A stretch of DNA of 64,000 bases from a virus (Duplodnaviria; Caudoviricetes). The stretch is taken from IMG/VR virus record IMGVR_UViG_3300005611_001698, positions 1 to 64,000 of that record; one strand, given 5' to 3'. Made by a program: the position numbers and the translations under genes. This document shows, one piece after another, positions 28,501-38,540 of this stretch (positions within the stretch are counted from its first letter, which is position 1; every line of letters begins with the position of its first letter). The notes below the pieces were generated by a model. It was not told the origin of the DNA. It searched no databases and saw nothing but the letters and a program-made list of their open reading frames with translations.

Positions 28501-31379
28501 TATCCTTGCTTATATAAGAATCCAAACAGTTGAGATTTATAAAAACTATTTAACGATGCACCACCAGTGTTAACAACAGACATACCACCAGTTGGTGGAG
28601 TTCCAACAGATTGAAGTGGAATTGGTAATGGTATAACTCCTTGTTGTCCAACAGTTGGTGGACCTCCAACACCACTTGAAGGAGAACCAGAAATAGTTTG
28701 TGCAGCACTTGCTACTCTTGGTGCAGTAGGAGCAGTCATGGCAGGACTAGGTGTTGGGCGATATTCTGGTTCTGATGTAGATGGTGCAGGTGCAGGAGCT
28801 GCTGGTGTTGGTGGTGCCGTACCAGTTAATGGTCCTGGTGTGGAACCTGATGATGCCATTTGAATTTTAAATCCCTCACCAGTACCCAAATAGTTTTTGG
28901 CAGCAACACTAAAATCTAACATGTGATTAGATGAATGTCCTTTTACTCCTGGACCAACATCATTAACTCTTACAACTGCTCTCTTCCCTTTACTGTTAGT
29001 CACAATGATATTAAAGGGTCTCTTTAATGTTCTACCACCAGGAAATTTACGAGCAGGAACTGTCATGCTGCTTGGAAGTAATGCAAGTAATGGTGGAAAT
29101 GCAGCAGCAGAAAATACTTCTGGACGATAACCTTCACCAGTGGAAGTAGCAGGAAGTCCTTCGGCAGTTTTATATCCACTTGCATTAATACCACCCAATG
29201 CTGGATCATAATATGTTGTTTTTACATTAGAGACATTCAAGTTACCAGCACCAACAACTGGCGCACCAGATCCAGGACCAGATGGAGTTGGAGTTACACC
29301 TCCACCAGTGGTAGCAGCAGTCATACCAGCAACTGCTTGTCCTGCACCAGCAGCAGCTCCCGTAATAGCACCAGTAACCTCTTGGAATGTGCCCTCTCTT
29401 GTTAAGAAATCCCAGAACTTATCTCTATTGTTCCACAATTTGCTTACATTTTTAAAGAAAGGTTTGATGGCATTTTCCCAGATGAATGCATATGGACCAG
29501 GTGCTATAAACAGTTTACCAAGTTGTTCCACAACAGACTTAAATGCTAGCGCTGCTCCCATAAGATCAAGCTTATTAAGTTTTTCAATACCAACACCCAT
29601 CGCATATTTTAAATCATTAAATGCTTTTCCAATTGCTTTTATGAAGTCCACACCACCCATGAACTTAACCATAGAAGAGATGATATTCCATGCACCATTT
29701 CCTATGTCTCGCATAGTTTTGAGTAACCAATCCACAAATCCCTTACCAATCTTACCCCAGTCTTGTTTGAAGAATTTTTCTATCGCTTTACCAACAGTTT
29801 TACCAACAGCACCAGGACTCTTACCCATCTTTCCACTTAATACATCATAGAAGAATCCACCTAAAAATTCACCACCCATACTTCCAAGCATATTGCCAAG
29901 AAAAGATCCAAGAGGCACTGTGATTGGTGCCAATGGTCCACCAGCAGCACCCAATGCCCCACCAGCCCAAGTTCCGATCATCTGTCCAAGGCCACTGCCA
30001 ACGGCCATTGCACCAGATCTTAAAATAGAATCACCAGATGCCCAGTTCATTCCAAAGACCAGCAATGGTCCAATCACGGGAATTTTGTTCATGATTTTTT
30101 TCAGACCCTGAACACCACCCTTTCCAATCACCTTTAAAAAGAATCTTTGCGTTGCCCTATCAACACCTCTACCAAAAATCTTTGAACCAATAAGATTCTT
30201 AGCAGCAGGACCACCAACTGTTCCTCTGATTCTGTTTGCTCTTGCAGACAGAGTTCCAAGTTGTGGTTTTGATAGTGATGGTTTTCTCTTTAATGCTCTC
30301 TTTACTGCATTGTCAGCACCTTTCTTTGCTTCAAATGCAGACTTACCCTGAGATCTTAGATCATCGTATTTTGCCTCAAAGATTTCTCTGGCAGCATGTC
30401 CATGTTTAATCTGAACTTTTCTTGCCAGTTTTCTCTCTGGTGATCCTATTTTTGTTTTTTGTATTGGACTTGAACCAGTTTTAATCTTTCGATCTGCTGG
30501 TGTTCTGCCACTTAACGTCTTTGATTTCTTTACCCTCTCTGCTTCTTGTTTCAGTTTTTGTTTTTCTTGCTCAGGAAGATCAATATCTTTCTCGCCAAGA
30601 TCTCTCAATGAATTTGCAAGTAAAATGCCACCAACAACCAGAGCAGCATTTAAAAATCCATTGATAGCAGGAAGTAATGCATCTAGTTGTTCTTTAAACT
30701 TTCCAGTAAGACTCCCGTCTTTCCATTCGTTAAATCCATCTGCTATCTTATATCCAAACTCAATGACTCCTGCAAGTATATCAATCGTTGTGACAATAAT
30801 ACTTGATGCAACATCAACAATTCTGGCAATACCTTTATAGATTGAAAGAAATATTTCCGGATTATCAACAGCCCACATTGCAATCTTTGCAACGATAATC
30901 GTTTTGATTGCATTTAAGATGTTATCAAAAACAGATTTGACTGGTGCTACGACTCTATCTCGAATCCCAAGACCAAGTTTCTTTACAAGATTTTCTTTTT
31001 CTTCCTCTTTCTTTTGTCGCTTTCCTGTTTCAGTTTCTTTCTTTTCTTTTTTTCTTTGATCTTTGTCAATCTTATTTCTTTCTCTTGTATATTTGAGAAG
31101 AAGATCAATCTTTTTTGAAATAGATCTTGACTTTGGTTTAGATGGATCTGCCTTTGGAGTTTCTCCAAGTGCTGGAACGACAAGTGCTGGAACGATTGGA
31201 GGTTTTGTTTCTACTCTTGCACGTCTTGTTTCAACTCCTTTCACAAACCCTGACATTGTTGGGCGTTCCTGACGAACAAGAGCACCACCTTTCTTTCTAT
31301 CAGTACGACCTGGAAGAAGTTTGGTTGCTGATTTTACATTACTTGCAGTTCTTGCTGCTCCAATTAATGCTGGTAACAT
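28500..31379 (-). CDS. Tail-associated / tape-measure-like protein with a C-terminal RlpA/3D-like (double-psi barrel) lytic domain
   Basis: Long helical G/A-rich region; TTYYDP..ATSTGE..AA..VRVNDVGP..LDFS..A motif. Confidence 0.55.
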   Translation of the reverse strand: MLPALIGAARTASNVKSATKLLPGRTDRKKGGALVRQERPTMSGFVKGVETRRARVETKPPIVPALVVPALGETPKADPSKPKSRSISKKIDLLLKYTRERNKIDKDQRKKEKKETETGKRQKKEEEKENLVKKLGLGIRDRVVAPVKSVFDNILNAIKTIIVAKIAMWAVDNPEIFLSIYKGIARIVDVASSIIVTTIDILAGVIEFGYKIADGFNEWKDGSLTGKFKEQLDALLPAINGFLNAALVVGGILLANSLRDLGEKDIDLPEQEKQKLKQEAERVKKSKTLSGRTPADRKIKTGSSPIQKTKIGSPERKLARKVQIKHGHAAREIFEAKYDDLRSQGKSAFEAKKGADNAVKRALKRKPSLSKPQLGTLSARANRIRGTVGGPAAKNLIGSKIFGRGVDRATQRFFLKVIGKGGVQGLKKIMNKIPVIGPLLVFGMNWASGDSILRSGAMAVGSGLGQMIGTWAGGALGAAGGPLAPITVPLGSFLGNMLGSMGGEFLGGFFYDVLSGKMGKSPGAVGKTVGKAIEKFFKQDWGKIGKGFVDWLLKTMRDIGNGAWNIISSMVKFMGGVDFIKAIGKAFNDLKYAMGVGIEKLNKLDLMGAALAFKSVVEQLGKLFIAPGPYAFIWENAIKPFFKNVSKLWNNRDKFWDFLTREGTFQEVTGAITGAAAGAGQAVAGMTAATTGGGVTPTPSGPGSGAPVVGAGNLNVSNVKTTYYDPALGGINASGYKTAEGLPATSTGEGYRPEVFSAAAFPPLLALLPSSMTVPARKFPGGRTLKRPFNIIVTNSKGKRAVVRVNDVGPGVKGHSSNHMLDFSVAAKNYLGTGEGFKIQMASSGSTPGPLTGTAPPTPAAPAPAPSTSEPEYRPTPSPAMTAPTAPRVASAAQTISGSPSSGVGGPPTVGQQGVIPLPIPLQSVGTPPTGGMSVVNTGGASLNSFYKSQLFGFLYKQG

Positions 31380-31381
31380 AG

Positions 31382-33847
31382 TTAACTACCCACTATGTTA
31401 TACATTGATTTCATAACGAGAAGACTATTATTATTGGGATCTAAACTACCAAGTTGAGGAACATCACTACCATTTGTTCCGATTGGTTGACTCGTTGCTC
31501 CTATATTTGAAACAGGAGTCATACCTTGCTGACCAACAGATGGCAGTCTACTTAAACGTATGAGATATGACATCAAAGCCTGAGCATTGGCATCGCCAGT
31601 GCTTGAACCGGGAGCAAGAGTTCCTGTTCCGCTGCCAGGAGCAACCTCTGGACCAGGAGTACCAGAAGGAGATCCTCCTGCTTCTGGTATTTCCAAAGCA
31701 CCAGGTTGTCCCATGAACTGTTTAATCTTTTGACGAAGTTTGTCTCCACCAGTTCCAGGAGCATCAGTTACTTTTGTCTTATACCAATCCCAACGTTCTC
31801 CTGTTCCACCCCATGCAACGGGACCATAGTTGTCAGTAGCATAAACTCCATCTTTATTTGATCCTGCCTCAGCATGAGTCATTACACTTTTGATATTGAC
31901 ATCACTAGGACTCCAATTCCACAACTTTGCAATCCTTGCTGCCTCTTTTGCCATGTTATCAATCTGAATCTGCTTAGCTGGATATTGACCAAAGTTATTT
32001 TCTTGTGCCCCAGACATGGCAGCAACGCTCAATCCAACAGAGTTTGTATTTCTACCCTCTGTGTGACCAGTTCTAGTATTATAAGCAGCATGTCTATAAA
32101 CGCTACCATCACCCTGAATCGTTGAGTGATAAGGACCTCCACGATGACTGTATCCACCAGCAGTCCAATGTAAATACATTTTCTTGTTTTGTTTTGCACC
32201 CATTTGACCACCACCGGCAGCATAAGTGATGCCATTCATTATTTTAGGTCTATTAGCATTAGATCCAACGTTAAAATCAAGAGGATCAACACCAGTTGCT
32301 GCGATTTGTCTTTCTCTTGCACCAGGTTGAAGAACAGTTTCTCCTGGCGTTAACATCGCAGGAACGGTGTCTGTTCCCATTGCCTGTACAGGAAATATTG
32401 GCTGGCCACCATTACTAAATCCTTGAATCCCCCTTTGAAGGATGGATTCTCTCATCAACTGTTGCGTTCCTGGTGTTAACATCGCAGGAACGGTGTCTGT
32501 TCCCATTGCCTGTCCACCATTACTAAATCCTTGAATCCCCCTTTGAAGGATGGATTCTCTCATCAACTGTTGCGTTCCTGGTGTTTTACCAGTCTTCTTT
32601 GTTTCCTCAGGAGTAACAGTTGCTTCTGGGGATTCTTTCTTTTCTTTTTTCCTTTGCTCCTCATTTTGCTGAGAAGCAGCATAGGCACCACCAGCAGCAA
32701 GAGCACCGCCAACAACAAGTCCAGTGACCACTGGATTTTTTGCAGCAAATCTAAGTCCTTTTCCTAATCCCCTTCCAGCTAATCTTGCTGCGGCGATTCC
32801 AAGTTTGGCAGTTAATCCAAGAAGTCTCAACACCAGTTTTGCAGTGACTCCCATGATTGAAGTCACCAATCCACCAAGTCCAGATCCAATGATTAAGAAT
32901 CCAGCAATGATTGCAGGCCAAAAATCCTTAATAAATCTCACTATTGTATTAACTTTTTTTTGATTTGATGGATCCGTAAACCAATCAATCAGTTTGATCA
33001 ATGCCTTAGTAAATATTAACTTTAATATACCATCAAATATTTTTTGAAATATATTTCCAATGGGTTGCAGTGCCTTTGTGATAGGTGCAACTAAAAATTT
33101 CTTAGCAGATTCTAAACGATTTTCTTTTTTCTTTCTTCTTTCCCTTTCCTTTTCAACTCTCTTTTTCTCAGTAGACTTTTTCTCCTCTTTATTTTCCTCT
33201 CTAATTTCACTCAATAAAGTATCAAGTTTCTCATCAATATTATCAACGTCCTCTTTTACTTCTGCGGTTTTCTTTTCCTCTTCTTTATCTGGTTTCAAAT
33301 CAGGAACTAAATCAGCAGTTCCTGGTAAAAGTATTTGTTCTGGAACAACAGATTTTCTTGCACCAGGAGCAGCGGCGGTGTCACCATCTCCACCGATAGC
33401 AGCTGCCTCTGCTTTTTTTTCAAGAACTTTATCAACAAAATTCTTAAAATCTATTTTACTCTTTCTCTTTTTAAATGCTTCTTTTCTTTCAGACGGAGTA
33501 AGTAGTTGACCATCTATCGTGCCACTTTCAGTTATTTCTTGTACATACTTTTCATATCTCTCTTCACCAAAAAACTTTGATGGAACAATCGCGGTTACTT
33601 TTGGAGGAGGAGGTGGTGGTGCAACTTCCTCCTCCACTTCCTCCATCATACCTCTTGCCATTTCATGCAAGTCAGTATCAGTATGTCCTTTGAATATTTT
33701 ATTATCTAAATCGCTCTGTTCACTATCACTTAAAGAGTTATAATACTTTGAAAGTATTTTAAGTTGATCATCAGAAAGTTTAGACACAAAAGCTTTGCCG
33801 AGCTTGAACTCATATGCCTTTCTTAATCTTTCTGCTTTGTTAGACAT
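31382..33847 (-). CDS. Tail-associated / tape-measure-like protein with an N-acetylmuramoyl-L-alanine amidase domain
   Basis: GTDTVPAMLTPGE motif; YLHWTAG..YH..I.GDG..HT.GRNTNSVG..VMTHAE amidase_2-like Zn ligands. Confidence 0.7.
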   Translation of the reverse strand: MSNKAERLRKAYEFKLGKAFVSKLSDDQLKILSKYYNSLSDSEQSDLDNKIFKGHTDTDLHEMARGMMEEVEEEVAPPPPPPKVTAIVPSKFFGEERYEKYVQEITESGTIDGQLLTPSERKEAFKKRKSKIDFKNFVDKVLEKKAEAAAIGGDGDTAAAPGARKSVVPEQILLPGTADLVPDLKPDKEEEKKTAEVKEDVDNIDEKLDTLLSEIREENKEEKKSTEKKRVEKERERRKKKENRLESAKKFLVAPITKALQPIGNIFQKIFDGILKLIFTKALIKLIDWFTDPSNQKKVNTIVRFIKDFWPAIIAGFLIIGSGLGGLVTSIMGVTAKLVLRLLGLTAKLGIAAARLAGRGLGKGLRFAAKNPVVTGLVVGGALAAGGAYAASQQNEEQRKKEKKESPEATVTPEETKKTGKTPGTQQLMRESILQRGIQGFSNGGQAMGTDTVPAMLTPGTQQLMRESILQRGIQGFSNGGQPIFPVQAMGTDTVPAMLTPGETVLQPGARERQIAATGVDPLDFNVGSNANRPKIMNGITYAAGGGQMGAKQNKKMYLHWTAGGYSHRGGPYHSTIQGDGSVYRHAAYNTRTGHTEGRNTNSVGLSVAAMSGAQENNFGQYPAKQIQIDNMAKEAARIAKLWNWSPSDVNIKSVMTHAEAGSNKDGVYATDNYGPVAWGGTGERWDWYKTKVTDAPGTGGDKLRQKIKQFMGQPGALEIPEAGGSPSGTPGPEVAPGSGTGTLAPGSSTGDANAQALMSYLIRLSRLPSVGQQGMTPVSNIGATSQPIGTNGSDVPQLGSLDPNNNSLLVMKSMYNIVGS
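32342..32585 (+). repeat. In-frame tandem duplication (126-nt and 108-nt copies)
   Basis: Near-identical copies bounded by tcctgg(c/t)gtt at 32342, 32468 and 32576. Confidence 0.9.
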
Positions 33848-34019
33848 TCTGTTGACGTTGTTGTTCTAACTTTTGCTCCTCAATAAACTGTTTCAAAAGT
33901 TCTACATAAACGTCCCGTTCCCAGGGCATCATGTTTTCAATCTCAGTCAATGAATATTTATGGTGCTGCATGAGAGCGAAGTTAATCTTAAAGTATGCCT
34001 CCAAATTCATGTGGGACAT
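33840..34019 (-). CDS. g51: gp51 baseplate hub assembly catalyst
   Basis: Manual translation NFALMQHHKYSLTEIENMMPWERDVYV; 59 aa, below the track cutoff. Confidence 0.88.
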   Translation of the reverse strand: MSHMNLEAYFKINFALMQHHKYSLTEIENMMPWERDVYVELLKQFIEEQKLEQQRQQNV

Positions 34020-34021
34020 GC

Positions 34022-34741
34022 TTACGCGAAAAAACTTGACAGTCCCTCCAATACGACTTCACTCTTTTTCTTGGTCTTTGGATTGGTAACTTTAATCGTA
34101 TGAGAAAGTTTTGGCATTGTTGAAAAGAACTTTTCAATCTCCTGGAACTGTTTTGTGTTTAGTTGATCCAGGAACTCTTGCAGCTCTTTCTTGCTTACAT
34201 CAGCAGCAGACCATGCTTCCTCTTCATTAAAGATCGTATCAATGCATGATGCAATCAAATCAAATGTTTTTTCTACATTTGATGCATCATCATTGAAGTC
34301 AAAGTTCTCACTAATAAACTGTTCCAATGATGGATATTTCAGACGTAAAACTAAACTCTCATCAAGTTTAATGTCACGATTGTGGTCTTCATTTTTTACA
34401 ACTTTGATATCATCAATATCAATAACCACTGGAATTTCTGTCTCCTCATCATCAGGAGCAATGATTTTCAGTTCAATCTCTTCACCAACTGACTTACCAC
34501 GAATGTTGAGGAAGAGATATTCAATATCAAACGTAGGAAGATCTTCAACCTTAATATCAGTCTTTACGCAAGCTCTGATGACATCTTTGATTGTCTTCGT
34601 GATTTGTTTTTGATCCTGACTTTCCATTGCCAGGACTAAAAGTTTTTCTTCTTTTACAAGGAAAGGTCTAAACTCAATCTTCTCACTTGTTGATGGAAGT
34701 TCTAACACATAATATGGTGTTGCAATCTTTGGTAAAGGCAT
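34022..34741 (-). CDS. g26: gp26 baseplate hub subunit
   Basis: MPLPKIATP.Y.LELPS..FRPFLVKEEK..FDIEYLFLNIRGKSVGE..LEGLSSFF. Confidence 0.9.
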   Translation of the reverse strand: MPLPKIATPYYVLELPSTSEKIEFRPFLVKEEKLLVLAMESQDQKQITKTIKDVIRACVKTDIKVEDLPTFDIEYLFLNIRGKSVGEEIELKIIAPDDEETEIPVVIDIDDIKVVKNEDHNRDIKLDESLVLRLKYPSLEQFISENFDFNDDASNVEKTFDLIASCIDTIFNEEEAWSAADVSKKELQEFLDQLNTKQFQEIEKFFSTMPKLSHTIKVTNPKTKKKSEVVLEGLSSFFA

Positions 34742-34780
34742 AATCTCCTATACAATTCAGTGTCTTTATTTATGGGATTA

Positions 34781-35596
34781 TTAGAAATCTAGTTGACCAT
34801 CATTACCATCAAAAAATGTAACACTGGAACCAAATGGATCAGAAACAGTTGCATATCCTTGCTCTGATAATCCACTCAAAACAGCACTGTTTGGATCAAA
34901 TGTATTACCAGCAGCAGTTGCCTGATTAGTTGGTCCTTTTGGTTCTCCACCAGTTTGAATAGCATTGGATGATCTATTCATAAAGTATCTGTCATACTTA
35001 AAAGTAACACTTAACTTGATGATAGTTGAAGAATCATATGAAACTGGTATTGATGCAATACTTGTTGGATATGCGTTCACAAATGAATACAAAATATCTG
35101 CTCTGTTTATATCATAATCTTTATTGAACTTATGAACATCCAAATCACACTTATAGAATTTTGGATACTTAAATCTATAAAAACTATTTCTCATCTTTGG
35201 TCCACCAGTGCTCACCACAGAATAACTTTCATCTGGACTGGAAATATAATCCATCCAAGTTTCAAAAAACTTCAATGTTCTATATTGAGTGTCAACATAA
35301 AACTCCAAAGTTAAATCATCAAAATCTCTTCTGTATGCAAACGTTTGATTGACGCCATAATAGTCCTGCAAGTTCTCTGTTGTAGAAAAACTTGATCCAG
35401 GAAGAGATGCATTGCTACATAAAATACTCAAATCATCAATGTATCTTGTTTGTGGTGCGAAGTTTTTAGTGAAAGGCAAAGTGCCGATCTGTATCACAGC
35501 ACGAAACTGACTGGACTGAGCCAGATTTGAAAATCTTTTTATAAACTCACTTGTGCTTATAGTCCTGTAAGGAACGTTGCCGCCTCCAAGTGCCAT
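34781..35596 (-). CDS. Tail-tube-family protein (gp54-like tube initiator)
   Basis: C..ASLPG..LEFYVD..FFE.W..I..AYPTSI..V.Y..KLSVTFKY. Confidence 0.6.
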   Translation of the reverse strand: MALGGGNVPYRTISTSEFIKRFSNLAQSSQFRAVIQIGTLPFTKNFAPQTRYIDDLSILCSNASLPGSSFSTTENLQDYYGVNQTFAYRRDFDDLTLEFYVDTQYRTLKFFETWMDYISSPDESYSVVSTGGPKMRNSFYRFKYPKFYKCDLDVHKFNKDYDINRADILYSFVNAYPTSIASIPVSYDSSTIIKLSVTFKYDRYFMNRSSNAIQTGGEPKGPTNQATAAGNTFDPNSAVLSGLSEQGYATVSDPFGSSVTFFDGNDGQLDF

Positions 35597-35627
35597 CTAA
35601 ATACCTATTAGTCCTGCTATACTATGT

Positions 35628-36062
35628 ATGAGTTATAAAGGTAGATTTCGCCCAAGTAACTATCTAAAATACAAAGGTGATCCTACTAACATTGTTTATC
35701 GCTCCCTTTGGGAGTTGAAGTTCATGAATTGGTGTGATAAGAATGAAAATATTCTGGAATGGGGTAGTGAAGAGATTGTTATCCCCTACATCAGCCCTGT
35801 TGATAATCGGATTCACCGCTATTTTCCAGACTTCTACGTCAGAACACGGACCAGGAGTGGAGGGACTCAGAGGTTCGTTGTCGAGGTTAAACCAGCTAAG
35901 CAAACTGTCCCGCCAAAGAAAAGAAAAAAAGTTTCAAGAATATATCTGAATGAAATGAAAACTTATGCTGTCAATGAAGCAAAGTGGAAGGCAGCAAGAG
36001 AATATTGTGCTGATCGTAAGATGGAGTTCAAGATCATCACAGAAAAAGAACTAGGGTTATGA
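35628..36062 (+). CDS. g4: gp4 head completion protein
   Basis: YKGRF.P.N..KYKGDPTNIVYRSLWE..WGSEE..IPY.SP..HRYFPDF..EVKP..N.AKW. Confidence 0.9.
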   Translation: MSYKGRFRPSNYLKYKGDPTNIVYRSLWELKFMNWCDKNENILEWGSEEIVIPYISPVDNRIHRYFPDFYVRTRTRSGGTQRFVVEVKPAKQTVPPKKRKKVSRIYLNEMKTYAVNEAKWKAAREYCADRKMEFKIITEKELGL

Positions 36063-36412
36063 ATCGCCTACTATCATCTACAATCGATCTTTCTGGACTC
36101 AGAAATCCAGATGATTTAATGTTAAACATTATGGAGATTTTAAAGGATGATATTGAATATGCTCCCGATAATGTTGGAGCAATGTACACATTCATTTACC
36201 AACCAAAAACACCTAACATTTTATATGATGAGCATCCTCTTGTAGAGATCACTGAGATTACAAGGTGGGGATTTAGGGGATTCAACTACCACTGGAATGC
36301 AATCAGAAACTACACATTTCCAGAAATCGTTGGTCCCATGCACAGATTATATCCAGAAGAGTTGAAATATCTTCGTGCGATTCCATATAAAAAGATTCGC
36401 TCCACCCGATAA
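36059..36412 (+). CDS. gp2-like (DNA end protector family) protein
   Basis: MYTFIYQPKT..YDEHPLV..GFRGFNYHW; adjacent to g4. Confidence 0.5.
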   Translation: MNRLLSSTIDLSGLRNPDDLMLNIMEILKDDIEYAPDNVGAMYTFIYQPKTPNILYDEHPLVEITEITRWGFRGFNYHWNAIRNYTFPEIVGPMHRLYPEELKYLRAIPYKKIRSTR

Positions 36413-36432
36413 ATAACTAAAAAAGTTTTAAA

Positions 36433-37881
36433 ATGCCTCGCGCAACATACCCTGGATGGAAAGATAATGACGGAAATCTTGAAGCGTCTTTCTCGCAAAA
36501 ATTAACTTCACCTACTGGGAGAACTACTACCGCAGAAGTAGTAGCTGTTGCTAATCCAACAAATGGAAATTATGATCTTTATTTGAATAACAAAAATGCT
36601 TTTGGAATTAGTCTTGGTAGGACACCCATTGCTAGTTACAATGCATCAACAGGAACGGAAGTTATACGAAATAAAACTCTATATAATCAATTTTATGCTC
36701 CTGGATCAAAAAGTGGTGGTCAAGCACAACTAAACAATATAAAATCTTCTGTAAAAAATGGAGTTGTTAATAATCTTAAACTCAACGCAACTGATCCGAT
36801 TGATCAAAGAAATCTAAAATCTATCAGAGACACCCCAGAATATTCTTCTTTCAAGCAAAACGCGCCGGCGCCAGAACAAACCAAAACTCCTACACCGCCA
36901 GCTGGCAATGGCGAAACACAACAACCTGCTGCCACTGCTGCTGACACGGATACTGCTGCTACTGGTGGGGCAGACCAATCACTGATTCAAGATGCAGCTG
37001 GCGGGGCAGATCAACTGGCAAAACTTTCTTTTGGAGATCTCCGTTATCCACTTGAAAGGCAAGAAACAAGAGATTATGATCATGTTCTTTTTTCCGCAGT
37101 GGAATATGTTCCAGCAGGAGCAGAAGGATTTGATGCAATTATATCAGAAGGTGGTGCTGCTACCGGGCGTCCCAGTAATAGAATGAAAAAAGAAAATCGA
37201 GTTGGATCTATAATGTTGCCAATGCCAAGAAACCATAATGATCAAAACTCTGTTGTCTGGGGACAAGATAAGTTAAATGCATTGCAAGCAGCAGGAAATA
37301 CTTTGATACAAGGTATTTTAGGTAGTGGTGATCAAGTAAATCAAGCAGTAGATAACGTAAGATCTGCTGTGGGTACGAATGCTGGACAGTTAAAGGATTA
37401 TCTTAAAGCAGGAGCAGCATCACAGATTCTTGGTGGTGCAAATATTCTTACGAGAACAACTGGTGCTGTGATGAACAGTAATCTTGAACTTCTTTTCACT
37501 GGTCCTGGTTTAAGAACTTTTAATTTCACATATAGAATGACTCCAAGAGAACGTGATGAAGCTATTGTATGCAAAAATATTATTAGATCATTTAAACAAG
37601 CTATGGCAGCAAGAATAAGAAGTGCTTCGTTATTCATGTATACTCCTCACGTATTCTTTATTGACTTCATTCACAAAGGACGACCTCATCCATTTTTTAA
37701 TCGTATCAAACCATGTGCTCTTTTGAATTTTGGTGTCAACTATACACCAGATGGAGCATACATGACTTATGACGATGGATCCCCAATCGCATATGAACTT
37801 ACTTTTAGCTTCCAAGAACTTGAACCTATATACGATGTAGATTATGAAGAGGGTGATGGTGTCAGCGGAATGGGATTCTAA
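36433..37881 (+). CDS. g48: gp48 baseplate tail-tube cap
   Basis: LRYP..I.LPMP..N.NLELLF.GP.LRTFNF....PR..E..L.FQELEPIY. Confidence 0.85.
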   Translation: MPRATYPGWKDNDGNLEASFSQKLTSPTGRTTTAEVVAVANPTNGNYDLYLNNKNAFGISLGRTPIASYNASTGTEVIRNKTLYNQFYAPGSKSGGQAQLNNIKSSVKNGVVNNLKLNATDPIDQRNLKSIRDTPEYSSFKQNAPAPEQTKTPTPPAGNGETQQPAATAADTDTAATGGADQSLIQDAAGGADQLAKLSFGDLRYPLERQETRDYDHVLFSAVEYVPAGAEGFDAIISEGGAATGRPSNRMKKENRVGSIMLPMPRNHNDQNSVVWGQDKLNALQAAGNTLIQGILGSGDQVNQAVDNVRSAVGTNAGQLKDYLKAGAASQILGGANILTRTTGAVMNSNLELLFTGPGLRTFNFTYRMTPRERDEAIVCKNIIRSFKQAMAARIRSASLFMYTPHVFFIDFIHKGRPHPFFNRIKPCALLNFGVNYTPDGAYMTYDDGSPIAYELTFSFQELEPIYDVDYEEGDGVSGMGF

Positions 37882-38540
37882 TGGGATATTTCAGACAACT
37901 TCCCAACTTTAACTACGTTTCCAGACTAGACCAAAAAGTTTCTAGTTCGGATTATGTTGAAGTCAAAAATCTTTTCAAGAGAGCAAAAGTTAGAGAAGAT
38001 TTTTTCCAAAACTTTACTGCCTTTACAAGATACACAATCGTTGGTGATGAAAGACCTGATAATGTTGCAGATAAATTTTATGGTGATCCCCAACTAGATT
38101 GGGTCATTCTTTATATTAATAATATCATCAACGTAAGAGAAGAATGGCCTCTTACAAACATCTCTTTTAAAAATTATCTACTGGATAAGTATGGAAGTAT
38201 TGAAGGGTATAGTGCCATTCATCACTATGAGACCGAAGAAGTAAGAGATCAAGCAGATAATATCATTATTTCAGCAGGATTGCAGGTGGATGAAGATTTT
38301 TCTATTACTTATAGAGATGCTGCTCAGGGAACAGAGGTGATTGCATCTGGTATCACCAATGGTGTGACAAATGAAGAATATGAAACACGTCTTCAAAATG
38401 AAAAAAGGCAGATCTACATTTTGAGATCTGCCTATCTTAACGTTGTATTGGATGATGTTGAGAGAGTTATGACTTACTCTCCTTCCTCTCAATATGTCAA
38501 TGACAAATTAAAGAAAGGAGACAACATCAGGATCAAGTGA
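37881..38540 (+). CDS. g53: gp53 baseplate wedge subunit
   Basis: YFRQLPN..VKNLFKR..ERPD.VA..YGD..DWVIL..N..EWP..IHHYET. Confidence 0.88.
   Translation: MGYFRQLPNFNYVSRLDQKVSSSDYVEVKNLFKRAKVREDFFQNFTAFTRYTIVGDERPDNVADKFYGDPQLDWVILYINNIINVREEWPLTNISFKNYLLDKYGSIEGYSAIHHYETEEVRDQADNIIISAGLQVDEDFSITYRDAAQGTEVIASGITNGVTNEEYETRLQNEKRQIYILRSAYLNVVLDDVERVMTYSPSSQYVNDKLKKGDNIRIK

Noticed and set aside
35628-36062. TnsA-like endonuclease suggesting a Tn7 transposon
   Set aside because: Sequence and synteny match T4 gp4 head completion protein; no other tns genes are present
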